The notes under the pieces: model-generated | Told to the model about the DNA's origin: nothing | Databases searched by the model: none | What the model saw: the letters and a program-made list of their open reading frames with translations, nothing else | Translations under genes and position numbers: made by a program | Source of the DNA: Nanobdellota archaeon | GTDB taxonomy: Archaea > Nanobdellota > Nanobdellia > Pacearchaeales > GW2011-AR1 | Direction: 5' to 3' | NCBI GenBank assembly: GCA_018901625.1 | Contig: JAHIEM010000078.1 | Location: 1 to 34,296 of the forward strand | DNA: 34,296 bases | Shown here: positions 1 to 9,330 of the stretch, piece by piece | Layout: every line of letters starts with the position of its first letter | Position numbering within the stretch: the first letter of the stretch is position 1

Positions 1-196
1 TCCAATATAAATATATTTTATTAATAAAGTCCTTTATGAAGTTGTAGATAGGTTATAAGATTGAGATGAGCCCTGTTTTTTAAATTAATTATGGGGCAGC
101 CTGTGAAGTGTGCAGTTTACTTTTCTGACATTAGAAAAAGAAACACCTCTTTTATTTTTTATTAAGTTGAATAATTTGCGCCAACTTAAAATAAGA

Positions 197-226
197 ACAG
201 CGAGGGATCCAGCCAGGCCTCGCTGT
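197..226. other. GC-rich stem-loop in AT-rich leader region
   Basis: 9-bp perfect stem ACAGCGAGG / CCTCGCTGT around a 12-nt loop, followed by an A-run. It sits in a 430-nt non-coding stretch rich in TATATA-type repeats upstream of the PhoU-like gene. Confidence 0.4.
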
Positions 227-430
227 AAAAAAGAAAAGAAAGAATTCTATTTAGGTGTTTAGTCTATATAGTATATATTTTATATATTCAAGCAGACAAA
301 ATAGTTAACACTGGAGACTCGCCATATATACTGATATATATCCTGCAATATATACTTTCCAGAATAATATGGGTTTAAAAGCCTCTTCAAGCTTAGTTTA
401 TTATCAGAATCCAGCAAGATTCTTCTTAAA

Positions 431-1402
431 ATGGAGCAGAGAAAACTAATCAAGCTCGGAAATTCAAGTTTTGCAATAGCCCTTCCTAAAGGTTGGGTAG
501 ACAAATCAGGCTTAAAAAAAGGAGAAAATGTATTTCTAGAAGAAAATAACCGCGGAGAGATTACTATCTGGAGCAAACCAAAAAAGTTTTCTGATGAAAA
601 ATTAATAGAGATAAACCTAGCTGACAAAGATATCTCATCAATAAGAAAAGAGATAGTCTCTGCTTACGCGAGAGGAGGAACAACAATTCACCTAAGTGGG
701 AAAAAAGGCAAAAAAGAACTAGGCGAAGTAAAAGATTTCTTAAAAAATTTAATAAGCTTTGAGGTGATAGAGTCTATGGAAGATAAAACAATTGCAAAAG
801 ATTTCTTTAATCTAGAAGAAGCAAATCTAGACAATTTTGTGAAGAGAATTGATAATAATATCAAAGAAATGTTTAATCTAGTAAGCACTGCAATAAAAAA
901 AGGCAGCCTGTCTAGAAAAGATTTAGAAGAAATAGAAAAGATTGACAAAGACACAACAAAGTTTTATTTTCTTATCTCGAGACTTTTCTTCAAGGGGATA
1001 GACAATCCTTCAATCCTTAACACCCTAAAGAAAGACAGTGCTGCATTTTTCAGGGATTGGTGGTTTGCATACAATCTTGAACACATCGGAGATCAGATTA
1101 AGAATGTTGCAAGGGTAATTCAAGGAAGTGAAGTCACTCCTGAAGAGACTAAACTGCTCTTTGAAACATTCTCCCAGATTTCACAAGCATACAACGAATC
1201 TGTTCAATCATTCAACAAAAGAGATTTCAAAAATGCAATGGACTCTGCTACAAAAAGCAAGGAAATTTTAAAAACCTGTGACAAGCTCTCGCAAAGCAGC
1301 AACCCCTACACAGCTAAACTAGCAACAATATTCAGAGAACTAGAAAACAACTCTTATCAAAATCTAAAGATGGTAATGTATTCAGGAGCTCAAAATGACT
1401 GA
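431..1402 (+). CDS. AbrB/SpoVT-domain + PhoU-like regulator
   Basis: N-terminal swapped-hairpin motif (KLGNSSFAIALPKGWVDKSGLKKGENVFL) followed by a long helical PhoU-like region. ATG start. This architecture is typical of archaeal PhoU-family regulators. Confidence 0.7.
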   Translation: MEQRKLIKLGNSSFAIALPKGWVDKSGLKKGENVFLEENNRGEITIWSKPKKFSDEKLIEINLADKDISSIRKEIVSAYARGGTTIHLSGKKGKKELGEVKDFLKNLISFEVIESMEDKTIAKDFFNLEEANLDNFVKRIDNNIKEMFNLVSTAIKKGSLSRKDLEEIEKIDKDTTKFYFLISRLFFKGIDNPSILNTLKKDSAAFFRDWWFAYNLEHIGDQIKNVARVIQGSEVTPEETKLLFETFSQISQAYNESVQSFNKRDFKNAMDSATKSKEILKTCDKLSQSSNPYTAKLATIFRELENNSYQNLKMVMYSGAQND

Positions 1403-2723
1403 AGAAAATAGTGTTCAAATAGAGAGAAATGCTGCAGACGAAAGATTGCCCAGCCAGCCACCCCTGCCGGTTCCAGACAGAGACAAAATAGACGGCAGAT
1501 ACTGCCAGCTATATCATGAAATAACCTCCCAACTTCCGAGAATAATCAGCACTGTTGGAGGATACAGCCCCCAAGAATGGTTTGATATAAACTCTCTTGC
1601 AATGGAGTATGTTAGAAGCGGGTGGCACAGCCCAAGATTCCTAAGATGCAGGGTTGAATTCTACAAAGGAGGGTATCACGACGAAACATCTCCTCGAGAA
1701 ACACTAAAGTTTTTTGTAAAATGCATCCCATATCAAGACCACGAAAGCATAGAAACAAGTTCTAGTCCACTTCAGAGAGAAATAGAACTGCATAGTCTAA
1801 TGGCTCCTAGCAAGGTGGTTCCAGCAGCATTTTACTGGGAAGAACTAGGAAACAAGATAATTCTAGAGCAAGGAGGAGACCAGACAGCTGAAGACAGACT
1901 TGCATCTCTAAGCAATGGAAAGAGAGCAAACCTCGAAAGCCATATGATAAGAAACATAGCTGAATTCAATATGCAGGCTCAGACAAAAACCTCAGCAGCT
2001 CTTCAAAGCAAGGTGTTATGTGAGTGGTTAAGACTAAAAAAACCCTCAATAGATCAGGCAATTAGGTACTTCAGAATTTATCTCGAAGCAAATAGCAAAG
2101 AAGCATCCCAAGAACTCCTCTCTCAATTTGGAGAGAGCTATGCTCCCCTTATTAGTATGTACGGGGAAGGAGACACCCAGCTAGTCCACGGAGACCTAAG
2201 AAGGCAGAACATAGTTGGCCCAGGAAATGGAGAAGAATGGACTCCAGACAAAATAAAGATAGTTGACTTGGGAAGTATGGTACTAGGTGATCCACTATTC
2301 GGGCTAGCTGAATTCCTGACTTCTGCTGGAACACGCGCAGATGTTGCAAGATGGAACAGCGCAATATTAGAGTATAAAACTCAAGAAGCCCATCTGCGGG
2401 GAATCATGGGCGGGAAAGGGATAAGATTCCTAAGAGAAGAAGGAGCACGAGTAAGAGAGAGATTCTATGTTGCAGCAGTGCACAGCGCAGTCAAGGGGCT
2501 ATCAAAAATGGCAAAGTTAAGAACAAGTGCTCCGCAAGACTATGACAGAATTATGCGGGCTCGCCCTGTTCTATCGCGCCATGATGAAGACATGAAAAGA
2601 ACTATTCGGGTCGGGCTGAAATCTCTTCTAAAAGGAGCCAAGGACTTCCACTTAAACAGAGAAGAGACAGATTCAGTTAAGAAAATACTTCAGATATTCA
2701 ACCAGAGCGACTTACTAAGATAG
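1395..2723 (+). CDS. Protein-kinase-like / aminoglycoside-choline kinase family phosphotransferase
   Basis: LVHGDLRRQN catalytic-loop motif, then IVDLGSMVLGDPLFGLAEF (D-x-G plus GDP..DLA-like). Overlaps the upstream gene by 8 nt. Visibly GC-richer than its flanks. Confidence 0.6.
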   Translation: MTEENSVQIERNAADERLPSQPPLPVPDRDKIDGRYCQLYHEITSQLPRIISTVGGYSPQEWFDINSLAMEYVRSGWHSPRFLRCRVEFYKGGYHDETSPRETLKFFVKCIPYQDHESIETSSSPLQREIELHSLMAPSKVVPAAFYWEELGNKIILEQGGDQTAEDRLASLSNGKRANLESHMIRNIAEFNMQAQTKTSAALQSKVLCEWLRLKKPSIDQAIRYFRIYLEANSKEASQELLSQFGESYAPLISMYGEGDTQLVHGDLRRQNIVGPGNGEEWTPDKIKIVDLGSMVLGDPLFGLAEFLTSAGTRADVARWNSAILEYKTQEAHLRGIMGGKGIRFLREEGARVRERFYVAAVHSAVKGLSKMAKLRTSAPQDYDRIMRARPVLSRHDEDMKRTIRVGLKSLLKGAKDFHLNREETDSVKKILQIFNQSDLLR

Positions 2724-2773
2724 TTCATCACAATAATACTTAAATACAAAACAATTTGTTTTCAAGAAAGAAC

Positions 2774-4375
2774 ATGACAGACAAACAACCAATATACATA
2801 CTTCCTGAGAATGTTCAGAGAATGATAGGAAAAGACGCGCAGAGAAACAATATTCTAGCAGCAAAGATAGTTGCAGAGATAGTAAAAACCACTCTCGGCC
2901 CAAAAGGAATGGATAAAATGCTTGTAGATTCTTTAGGAGACATAATAGTTACTAATGACGGAGTCACAATTCTTGAAGAAATGGAAATAGAGCATCCTGC
3001 AGCAAAGATGATGGTTGAAATAGCCAAAACTCAGGAAGATGAGGTTGGTGACGGAACAACAACAGCAGTGATGCTGGCAGGCAAGCTGCTTGAAAATGCT
3101 GAAAAATTGCTTGACCAAAAAATACATCCTACTGTGATAACAAAAGGATATCGAATGGCAAGCGAGAAAGCCCAGGAAATTTTGCAAAATATTGCCACAA
3201 ACATATCTCCTGACGATGAAAAACTTTTAAGGCAGATTGCAATGACTGCAATGACAGGCAAGGGAGCAGAAACAGTAAAAGAAATATTTGCAGATATAAT
3301 TGTCAAAGCAGTCAAACAGATTCAGGAAAACAATAAAATTGATTTGACTAATATAAAAATAGAAAAAGCAAAAGGGAATGGGATAGAGCATACAGAACTT
3401 ATTTCAGGAATAGTTTTAGATAAAGAACGCGTCTCACTAGACATGCCTGCAAGTGTTTCAAATGCGCGAATTGCGCTCCTGGACATTGCTCTTGAAATCA
3501 AAGGTCCAGAAACAGAAGCAAAAATCCAGGTTACTAGCCCCGATCAATTGCAAAGCTTCATAGAACAAGAAGATAGAATGCTCAAGACAATGGTTCAGAA
3601 AATAAAAGTCTCTGGCGCAAATGTGATATTCTGCCAGAAAGGAATTGATGATGTTGCCCAGTACTATCTTGCTAAAGAAGGAATCTATGCGTGCAGACGA
3701 GTTGCAAAATCAGATATGGAAAAACTAGCCCGCGCAACAGGTGGAAAAATAATGAGCAACTTTAATGAAATCTCTCCAGAACAATTAGGAAACTCAGAAA
3801 TAGTAGAAGAAGTAAAACACGGAGATACAGCTATGACTTACGTACGAGGATGCAAAAATCCAAAAGCAGTTACAATCCTGATTAAGGGGGGAACATCTCA
3901 CGTAATTGACGAGATGGAACGGGCAATAAAAGATGGATTAGGAGATGTTGCTGCAAGTTTAAAAGATGGGAAAATTGTAGCAGGCGGGGGAGCAGTAGAA
4001 ATCGAGCTAAGCAAAGAACTCAGGAAATTCTCACAAAGTTTGGGGGGAAGAGAACAGCTGGCAATAGAACAATTTGCATCTGCCCTAGAGTTTATTCCAA
4101 CAACACTTGCTGAAAATGCAGGATTAGACCCAATAGACATTCTTACAGAGCTGAAAGCAAGACACGACCAGGGAGAAAGTCTTGCAGGATTAAACTTATT
4201 CACAAACAAGATTGAGAATAATATAGAAGCAGGAATTGTAGAGCCATTAAGAATAAAAACTCAGGCAATAAACAGCGCAAGTGAAGTTTCAATGATGATT
4301 TTAAGAATTGATGATGTTATTGCTTCTGGCTCAAAAAGCAAGCAAAACATGCCGCAGATGAATGAGTATGACTGA
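2774..4375 (+). CDS. ths: Thermosome subunit (group II chaperonin)
   Basis: [23 protein letters not shown] and VAGGGAVE motifs over the full ~530 aa. The first in-frame ATG is at 2774; the track start at 2756 is a TTG. Confidence 0.95.
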   Translation: MTDKQPIYILPENVQRMIGKDAQRNNILAAKIVAEIVKTTLGPKGMDKMLVDSLGDIIVTNDGVTILEEMEIEHPAAKMMVEIAKTQEDEVGDGTTTAVMLAGKLLENAEKLLDQKIHPTVITKGYRMASEKAQEILQNIATNISPDDEKLLRQIAMTAMTGKGAETVKEIFADIIVKAVKQIQENNKIDLTNIKIEKAKGNGIEHTELISGIVLDKERVSLDMPASVSNARIALLDIALEIKGPETEAKIQVTSPDQLQSFIEQEDRMLKTMVQKIKVSGANVIFCQKGIDDVAQYYLAKEGIYACRRVAKSDMEKLARATGGKIMSNFNEISPEQLGNSEIVEEVKHGDTAMTYVRGCKNPKAVTILIKGGTSHVIDEMERAIKDGLGDVAASLKDGKIVAGGGAVEIELSKELRKFSQSLGGREQLAIEQFASALEFIPTTLAENAGLDPIDILTELKARHDQGESLAGLNLFTNKIENNIEAGIVEPLRIKTQAINSASEVSMMILRIDDVIASGSKSKQNMPQMNEYD

Positions 4376-4573
4376 CTATTTTCTCTTAAACAAACAATAA
4401 GCAGGAAAAACTAAAGCCCCATATAGAGCAACTTCAGGAAGAGCTGTTTTTGGAACACTAACATAATCATTATTTCCTTTTTCCAAGCTATTTCTTCCCA
4501 TTTGAGCAACATTATAACCTATAACTCCTGCTGCAATTATTCCTATAATAATTTTAAGTAATTTACTTGACAT
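4376..4573 (-). CDS. Small membrane protein (two hydrophobic segments)
   Basis: 65-aa ORF with hydrophobic N- and C-terminal segments. Last gene of a tightly packed 4-gene minus-strand cluster. Confidence 0.45.
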   Translation of the reverse strand: MSSKLLKIIIGIIAAGVIGYNVAQMGRNSLEKGNNDYVSVPKTALPEVALYGALVFPAYCLFKRK

Positions 4574-4582
4574 TTTCTCTCT

Positions 4583-4864
4583 CTAATTCTTTCCATTTTC
4601 ATTTAATTCTATTAATCTTTTATCACTAATAACATGGTTCCAAAATTCTTTACCTCCATATCTAGTTCTTACGCCATTTCCATCTTCAATTATAACCCTG
4701 TCACAATTTCCATCTTTATTATCATCATAATAACATTTACTAACCCTTCCTAAATATCTAAAATTTACTCTTGGTTCTGGCTTAATTCTATTTAAAAAAT
4801 AATTTCCAGCTAATAAAACTGCAGAAGCAATTCCTAAAATTCCTCCAAGAGTTTTTATTCTCAT
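4583..4864 (-). CDS. Small secreted/membrane-anchored protein
   Basis: N-terminal signal/TM segment (GGILGIASAVLLAG) and a D/N/G-rich stretch (DDNKDGNCDRVIIEDGNG). Its start overlaps the upstream stop in an ATGA arrangement. Confidence 0.5.
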   Translation of the reverse strand: MRIKTLGGILGIASAVLLAGNYFLNRIKPEPRVNFRYLGRVSKCYYDDNKDGNCDRVIIEDGNGVRTRYGGKEFWNHVISDKRLIELNENGKN

Positions 4865-5460
4865 GCTGTTCTCCCTGCAAACTCCCCAGCATCTTCTAAT
4901 CTAAATTCAGGATTATCTCTTTGATATTTTGCTTCTCTTTCTTGTTTCATCCTCTCTGCAAACTCATTAGCATCTCCAGTTTTACAAGCCAATCTCAATG
5001 CCCCTTTTGCAAAATTCCATGCAAATCTTCCTGCGGAATAAGCAGTAGCAACAGCCCCTGTTAATGAATAAAAATTAAATCTTGGGTCTAAATTCATAAT
5101 ATCATCTAAGCTCTGAACATAATTTCCAAAAACTTTGCCTAAAGAATAAAAAAAATCACTGCCAGATAAAGAATCAACAAAAGCAATTCCTGCTGTTAAA
5201 GCTAAAGTTGGAACTAACCCCCTTATACATTCTGGAATATTTAATTTTTCTTCTAATCTTCTTGCAGTTTCTCCAACTAATAATCCAGCCCCAATAGCAG
5301 AACCTGCTTTAGCAATCTCTCCTGTTAAATATGAAGCGAGACTTGCATTGCTTCCATTATTAAATAAATAACTTCCTTCTTCTGCAAATCCCTGCACACC
5401 TCTTAAACTTAAAGCACTTGCTCCAAGTAACTTAAGAGAAGGTCTTTTTAATTTTCTCAT
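4861..5460 (-). CDS. Gly/Ala-rich membrane-associated hypothetical protein
   Basis: 199-aa ORF with several G/A-rich amphipathic or hydrophobic stretches. Lies 2 nt downstream of the lipoprotein gene. Confidence 0.5.
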   Translation of the reverse strand: MRKLKRPSLKLLGASALSLRGVQGFAEEGSYLFNNGSNASLASYLTGEIAKAGSAIGAGLLVGETARRLEEKLNIPECIRGLVPTLALTAGIAFVDSLSGSDFFYSLGKVFGNYVQSLDDIMNLDPRFNFYSLTGAVATAYSAGRFAWNFAKGALRLACKTGDANEFAERMKQEREAKYQRDNPEFRLEDAGEFAGRTA

Positions 5461-5462
5461 TA

Positions 5463-5771
5463 TTATTTTCTGCTTTGCTTATATGCTGTAAAGAGATTAG
5501 ATAATGCATTACCATACCCTTTTTCATCATGCATTGTCTTTGGTTTTGCATTCTGCTCTTTTTCAGCATAAGGTTGTGAATCATCTGGGAATGCTCTTCT
5601 GTCTGCATATCTATCTACCGGGCCTGTATAACATCCTGAATTGCCTCCAAACTTTGCTCTTAGCTCAGTCTTATAGCTTAAATCCATGCCATGTTGAGCT
5701 CCACACCCAACCAAACTAGCTAAACTAACAACAACACCTGCAACATAAGCACTTATTTGTGTTATTTTCAT
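5463..5771 (-). CDS. Putative lipoprotein
   Basis: Signal peptide ending in a lipobox-like LVGC (MKITQISAYVAGVVVSLASLVGC). First gene of the 5771-4376 cluster. Confidence 0.55.
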   Translation of the reverse strand: MKITQISAYVAGVVVSLASLVGCGAQHGMDLSYKTELRAKFGGNSGCYTGPVDRYADRRAFPDDSQPYAEKEQNAKPKTMHDEKGYGNALSNLFTAYKQSRK

Positions 5772-5911
5772 CTTATATTTGTATATAATTTAATTAAAAA
5801 TGTAACTCTAAAGTAGTATATAAACTCTTTTGTGGATATTTTAGCACAAATAGAAACATTTTAATACCTATAGTTCTATAAGTGATAAGAATAAACACGT
5901 AATAGACTATA

Positions 5912-6889
5912 ATGGAAAATAATAAACCGAATATAGACTTAAAAGACAAGAAGATACTAGTTGAATTAGACTGGAATGCCAGAACTTCAAATTCTGAAAT
6001 TGCAAAGAAAATTCAATTATCAAAAAAAGGAGCTGAATATAGAATAAAAAAACTAGAAAAACTAAATATTATTCAAGGATATTATCCAGTTATTAATTTT
6101 GAAAAAATAGGCTATACAATAAACAGAATGATGTTTAAATTGCAGTTAATAGACACTGAAATTAAGGAAAAAATAGAGGAATATTTGAAAAAACAGGAAA
6201 ACATTCACTGGGCAGTCTGGTTTAGAGGAGATGCAGATTTAGGAATAGATGTCTGGACAAAATCAATAAAAGAATTTAAAGAAATTTTAAATCAATTTAG
6301 CATAAAATTCGGAAAATACATAAAGCAAAAAACATTTTCAAGTTCAGTGGGTTTTGACCAGTACCCATATAGTTTTTTATTAAATAAAAAAGATGAAAGA
6401 ATAGCAATAATAACAGAAGAAACAGAAATAGCAAAAATAGATGGATTAGATAAAAAAATTTTAAGACAATTAGTAAAAAACGCAAGAGAATCATCAGCAG
6501 AAATAGCAAGAAAGATAAATTCAAATTACAAGACAGTTTCAAACAGAATCAAGCAATTAGAAAAAAACAAAATTCTCCTCTGCAATCGTGCTTTAATTAA
6601 TGTAGAGCTATTAGGATACAAAATGTATAAATTAAGATTATGTTTTGATAATAATATTCAGCAGGCATATAAACAAGCAAATGAATTTTTTAAATCAAGA
6701 TTAGAAACAGTTTATATTGTTGATTTCTTAGGTGAAGAAGATTATGATGTTGAAGTAATTGTAAAAAATGAAGATGAATTTAATAATTTAATTAAAGATT
6801 TGCAAAACAAACTTGGCAGATTAATCAGGGGATATACCTATTTTTTATTTGAAAAAAACATAAAAGTAAGGTATTTGCCTGACATTTAA
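5912..6889 (+). CDS. Tandem (duplicated) Lrp/AsnC-family transcriptional regulator
   Basis: Two HTH_AsnC-type segments (DLKDKKILVELDWNARTSNSEIAKKIQLSKKGAEYRIKKLEKLNII and DGLDKKILRQLVKNARESSAEIARKINSNYKTVSNRIKQLEKNKIL), each followed by an effector-domain-sized region. Confidence 0.75.
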   Translation: MENNKPNIDLKDKKILVELDWNARTSNSEIAKKIQLSKKGAEYRIKKLEKLNIIQGYYPVINFEKIGYTINRMMFKLQLIDTEIKEKIEEYLKKQENIHWAVWFRGDADLGIDVWTKSIKEFKEILNQFSIKFGKYIKQKTFSSSVGFDQYPYSFLLNKKDERIAIITEETEIAKIDGLDKKILRQLVKNARESSAEIARKINSNYKTVSNRIKQLEKNKILLCNRALINVELLGYKMYKLRLCFDNNIQQAYKQANEFFKSRLETVYIVDFLGEEDYDVEVIVKNEDEFNNLIKDLQNKLGRLIRGYTYFLFEKNIKVRYLPDI

Positions 6890-7017
6890 TATTATTATCC
6901 TCTCTTTACTAGTCAGAATTTATAAACATCCTCCCTCTTATCTGCTATTTTTTATTACTAAATTTTATATTTATTATTCAATTATACTGTAAGCAGCCAG
7001 ATAGCAAAGTTAAATTA

Positions 7018-7674
7018 TTATTTTACTGGAATAAATTTTTCCTGCCTAAGAATTCTGTTTAATTGAGGAGACAAATCTTCAGAACTCTCTCTCCATCCTC
7101 TAATTAAATTTAAGTCCACAACAACATAGCCCTTATGCGGGTTTCTTATTCTGTTTGGAACATAAATTTTATTTAAAAAATTAATAAGCTGGGGAATATC
7201 CTTAAAATTATTTGCATATTTGCTGTCAAATTCAGGAGATACAAGAATCTCCCTGTCAATTACACCATATTTTTTATTAGCATTCTCATCTATTCTCTCT
7301 AACAAACAAACAGCATGATTACTCTCTCCCTGCCCTTGCAGCACAAGCATCATAGGTTTATATCCCAAATCCTGAGCTAAACAACAAGCAAGAGCAGAAT
7401 TATCTTTGCAATCTCCTTTTCCATCATCAACTGTTCTTTTTGCACTTCTAAAAAAATCAGGATATTTTACAGAAGAATCTATGCAATCTTCAAGATAACT
7501 TGAAATCTCTCCCAATGTTCTTGGTTTGCAGTCAGTAATCAGCCTTTCCCACGAAACATTCATCCTCACTCCAACTCTCTGGCTCACTTCAATTGTTCTC
7601 CGGCTATGATAAGAACAACTAGGCGCAGTTAAAGTTAAAACCCCTGCTAAGATAGAAGTTAGCAATTTCCCCAT
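7018..7674 (-). CDS. Transglutaminase-like cysteine peptidase-fold lipoprotein
   Basis: N-terminal signal with Cys (LTLTAPSC). GKGDCKDNSALACCLAQDLGY followed by NHAVCLL and a downstream Asp resembles a Cys-His-Asp transglutaminase core. Confidence 0.5.
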   Translation of the reverse strand: MGKLLTSILAGVLTLTAPSCSYHSRRTIEVSQRVGVRMNVSWERLITDCKPRTLGEISSYLEDCIDSSVKYPDFFRSAKRTVDDGKGDCKDNSALACCLAQDLGYKPMMLVLQGQGESNHAVCLLERIDENANKKYGVIDREILVSPEFDSKYANNFKDIPQLINFLNKIYVPNRIRNPHKGYVVVDLNLIRGWRESSEDLSPQLNRILRQEKFIPVK

Positions 7675-7823
7675 AAATTTAGTTGGAATTGAAGTATAAA
7701 AGAATTATTGTTCTAAAGAGGTATATGCTCTCAAGGATTGCTCACTTTTCTCCCAATCCCCTTGGAGTCAGTATCCACACAAAATGTTATCCCAATAGAA
7801 TAAGTCAAAACTGGTCTCACATT

Positions 7824-7917
7824 TCTCAATCGCATATGCGCCACCCAAAAAGCTTTGCTCTTTCTATCTTGAGTTACAAATTCTAAGAGCAAAGCTTTTT
7901 CCGGGAAGTTGAACCCA
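7824..7917 (-). repeat. Partial copy of tRNA-Gly 3' end (T-arm + acceptor strand + 3' flank) split by a palindromic insert
   Basis: 7824-7846 (ttctcaatcgcatatgcgccaccc) matches 7945-7968 of the real tRNA-Gly 3' end and flank. 7901-7916 (ccgggaagttgaaccc) matches 7967-7981 with a 1-nt insertion. A 54-nt insert separates the two parts. Confidence 0.7.
7847..7900. repeat. Perfect 14-bp inverted repeat with 26-nt loop (54-nt palindromic element; possible bidirectional terminator or MITE-like insert)
   Basis: aaaaagctttgctc (7847-7860) is the exact reverse complement of gagcaaagcttttt (7887-7900). A5/T5 runs at the stem base and CC on both sides. Confidence 0.8.
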
Positions 7918-7958
7918 TGGGTTCAATTCCAGTGCTATTTCAATTCTTCAATAGCATA

Positions 7959-8029
7959 TGCGCCACCCGGGAATTGAACCCGGTTCCCTTCCTTGGCAAG
8001 GAAGAATTCTACCGGTAAACTAGCAGCGC
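7959..8029 (-). tRNA. tRNA-Gly (anticodon GCC)
   Basis: Minus-strand read: GCGCTGC TA GTTT ACCGGTA GAAT T CTTCC TTGCCAA GGAAG GGAA CCGGG TTCAATT CCCGG GTGGCGC A. 71 nt, 7-bp acceptor with two G-U pairs, canonical T-loop, no encoded CCA. Confidence 0.85.
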
Positions 8030-8127
8030 CGAGGAGTTTCGCGAGCGGAATTTATTTGAATACCGGGCGGGACTCCGAGCATGTCTATTAGATATATTAA
8101 AGCATTTTAAAGTTTTGCTATCTGAAA

Positions 8128-8403
8128 TCATTCGTATCTTAGAGCATCAACGGGTCTCAGCCTAGAAGCCCTATAAGCTGGAATTGCTCCAAATATCAAA
8201 CCCACTCCCATAGAAAGCAAAAAGACTTCTATCATCAAAGGGATGCTGACATAAGCATTAGATAAAGAGAATCTCCCAATACCAGACCCACTAGCCAATT
8301 GACCAATAAATGCTGCTCCGAATACTCCTAAGATCAAGCCCATTACCCCCCCAATCAAGCCGATTACCCCCCCAATCAAGCCGATTACCCCCGCATTTAA
8401 CAA
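8128..8403 (-). pseudogene. C-terminal fragment of an FtsX/MacB-type ABC permease
   Basis: Ends with the family-typical C-terminus (FGAIPAYRASRLRPVDALRYE). Only ~90 codons are open and the track start is a TTG. No upstream continuation appears in any frame, and the fragment abuts the tRNA-Val island. Confidence 0.65.
8342..8392. repeat. 21-bp tandem repeat (about 2.4 units) inside the FtsX fragment
   Basis: attacccccccaatcaagccg occurs at 8342-8362 and 8363-8383, with a partial third unit. It encodes the duplicated GVIGLIG peptide. Confidence 0.85.
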
Positions 8404-8644
8404 AAAAGAAACAAAATTACTCTATTTGAAGATTCAAAAATGGAAATATTCTAAGACTAAGGGAAAGAGGAAAATAGCTTCGACTTTGCCATAAATACAT
8501 CCTAAGGTTTTGTCTTTTCTCCTTAGGACTTTTAGTTATGGGAGTATGGTGGATTTTGGTGTTCTAAAAATTGAAAAATCTTAGGATAAGCTTTAAAAGT
8601 GCCAGGTTTATTATTATTTTAAGATTATTAATAATAATCTAAAT

Positions 8645-8715
8645 GGGCTCATAAGCTAGCGGTAAACTGACTCGTTTACACCGAGTATTCCGAGGTTCAA
8701 CTCCTCGTGGGCCCA
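8645..8715 (+). tRNA. tRNA-Val (anticodon TAC)
   Basis: GGGCTCA TA AGCT AGCGGTA AACT G ACTCG TTTACAC CGAGT ATTC CGAGG TTCAACT CCTCG TGGGCCC A. 71 nt; acceptor, anticodon and T stems pair, with one C-A mismatch in the D stem. Confidence 0.8.
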
Positions 8716-8726
8716 TATTTACTAAA

Positions 8727-9299
8727 ATGGAAGAAAAGATATTAAAATTTATTAGAGAAAAATATGAAGAAGGCGATTTTAAGTATCATATTTCTGCTGT
8801 TGTAAAAAATGCTATGTTGTTAGCTAACAAATTAAAAGCTGACAAAGATGTTGTAGAAATGGCTGCTTATTTGCATGATATGGCAAGATCGCTTAATAGA
8901 GATGATGTTAAGGAGTTTGTAAATGAGAATGAACATCATATTGAAGGAGCAAAACAAAGTGAGATTTTTCTTAAAGAATTGGGCTATGATAAGGAGTTCA
9001 TTGAAAAAGTATCCCATTGTGTTCTTACTCATAGGGGTAGGGGTAATATAGAACCAAAAACAGTAGAAGCAAGGATTGTTGCTTGTGCTGACGCAATGGC
9101 TCATTTTGATACATTTTTAGATTTATTCGAAGTTTTTTTAAAAACAACAGACTCTTTTGAAGATGCAGTTATAAGAATAGAGAAAAAAATGCAAAGAAAT
9201 TGGGAGATTAAGTTAACATTGCCAGAAGCAAAAGAAATAGTAAAAGACAAATATGAAGCTATAATGTTATTAATTAAAAGTATGAAAGAATACATTTAA
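8727..9299 (+). CDS. HD-domain phosphohydrolase
   Basis: H...HD signature (AAYLHDMARS), HCVLTHRG and ACADAMAHFD motifs of the HD superfamily. Starts 11 nt after the tRNA-Val. Confidence 0.7.
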   Translation: MEEKILKFIREKYEEGDFKYHISAVVKNAMLLANKLKADKDVVEMAAYLHDMARSLNRDDVKEFVNENEHHIEGAKQSEIFLKELGYDKEFIEKVSHCVLTHRGRGNIEPKTVEARIVACADAMAHFDTFLDLFEVFLKTTDSFEDAVIRIEKKMQRNWEIKLTLPEAKEIVKDKYEAIMLLIKSMKEYI

Positions 9300-9330
9300 A
9301 TCATTAATCAAATTAACATTAATAATAAAT

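Noticed and set aside
2815-4209. Track ORFs on the minus strand inside the thermosome gene (2815-3027, 2933-3187, 3031-3315, 3898-4209)
   Set aside because: They are antisense to a full-length, motif-rich chaperonin gene. Their low-complexity products are typical shadow ORFs.
7683-7886. 67-aa plus-strand ORF
   Set aside because: It runs through the tRNA-Gly 3' fragment copy and the 54-nt palindrome. It has no coding-like composition and is better explained as non-coding scar DNA.
8530-8543. 14-mer ttttagttatggga shared with 28701-28714
   Set aside because: A short AT-rich match of this length is expected by chance in an AT-rich 34-kb window, and the flanks show no extended similarity.
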